From positions 197,428 through 261,427 of the forward strand of contig JBGAJA010000003.1 of NCBI GenBank assembly GCA_044225175.1: 64,000 nt of DNA, in the 5' to 3' direction. This DNA is from Candidatus Omnitrophota bacterium (GTDB taxonomy: Bacteria; Omnitrophota; Gorgyraeia; Zapsychrales; Fredricksoniimonadaceae). The position numbers and the translations under genes were made by a program. Below, one piece after another: positions 63,948 to 64,000 of the stretch. The notes below the pieces were generated by a model. It was not told where the DNA came from. It ran no database searches and saw only the letters and a list, made by a program, of their open reading frames with translations. Numbering within the stretch: the first letter of the stretch is position 1; every line of letters begins with the position of its first letter.

Positions 63948-64000
63948 TTTTTTTGCTGAAGCTGGCCTTTTGAAACGTGTCAAAAGAAGCGGCTGGTGGG

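Noticed and set aside
1-64000. CRISPR arrays, rRNA/tRNA genes, transposases and integrases
   Set aside because: No spacer-repeat periodicity, no tRNA cloverleaf-sized conserved segments in any intergenic region, and no transposase or integrase-like ORFs were seen. The only repeats are the paralog families, the pilin duplication and the short palindromes.
1-64000. Taxonomic assignment (e.g. Chlamydiae/PVC, Elusimicrobia, Bacteroidetes, Leptospira-like)
   Set aside because: The gene content (diderm envelope systems, type IV pilus-like machinery, ~38–40% GC) is compatible with several lineages. Nothing in the window is diagnostic, so no lineage is claimed.

Overview
This is a 64 kb chromosomal segment from an AT-rich (~38–40% GC by eye) diderm bacterium. 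Coding density is very high, almost all on the + strand, with no rRNA, tRNA or CRISPR. Lineage cannot be assigned from this window.

In order along the window:
- an orphan member of a large secreted-protein family
- an Rrf2-type regulator with an RND efflux pump (adaptor, permease, OprM-like outer membrane factor)
- an Old Yellow Enzyme-type flavin reductase
- a periplasmic DsbD–MsrB–MsrA methionine sulfoxide repair operon
- a complete type IV pilus-like locus: secretin, CheY-like receiver, PilB/GspE ATPase, PilC/GspF platform, three tandem major pilin genes, two LamG-domain minor pilins, PilV-like, fused PilM–PilN, PilO-like and PilP-like
- a convergent HD-GYP phosphodiesterase
- a short MscS-like channel, a glycine-zipper lipoprotein and an MFS transporter
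- an envelope-stress/export module: ECF sigma factor, zinc-finger anti-sigma factor, Spy/CpxP-like LTxxQ protein, TolC-like channel, MacA-like adaptor and MacB-like ABC exporter
- three tandem two-gene cassettes, each a small secreted Cys-containing acidic/proline-rich protein followed by a ~950–1075 aa secreted protein; a pseudogenised fragment of a small gene lies at one junction
- housekeeping genes: OsmC, an NlpC/P60 peptidase with an L-Ala-D/L-Glu epimerase and a polytopic membrane protein (DUF819-like assignment is tentative), trxA, panD, def, lipA, an LPG-synthase-TM-like (flippase-like) protein, a YacP/NYN protein, mlaEFD, yggT, ybaB and greA
- a sugar-modification cluster (a Gfo/Idh/MocA oxidoreductase, a hexapeptide acyltransferase and a family-2 glycosyltransferase), followed by a SpoU/TrmH rRNA methyltransferase

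The large secreted proteins share a conserved ~330 aa N-terminal module and a ~90 aa C-terminal module around non-homologous central regions. One central region has a SAM-methyltransferase-like segment.

Two nucleic-acid-level oddities stand out. A 26 bp (near-)perfect palindrome sits at the same codon position in three paralogs, with a completely different but still palindromic core in one of them. A 23 bp perfect palindrome, AAAAAGGTGTCAGACACCTTTTT, is embedded inside ORFs three times, read in three different frames.
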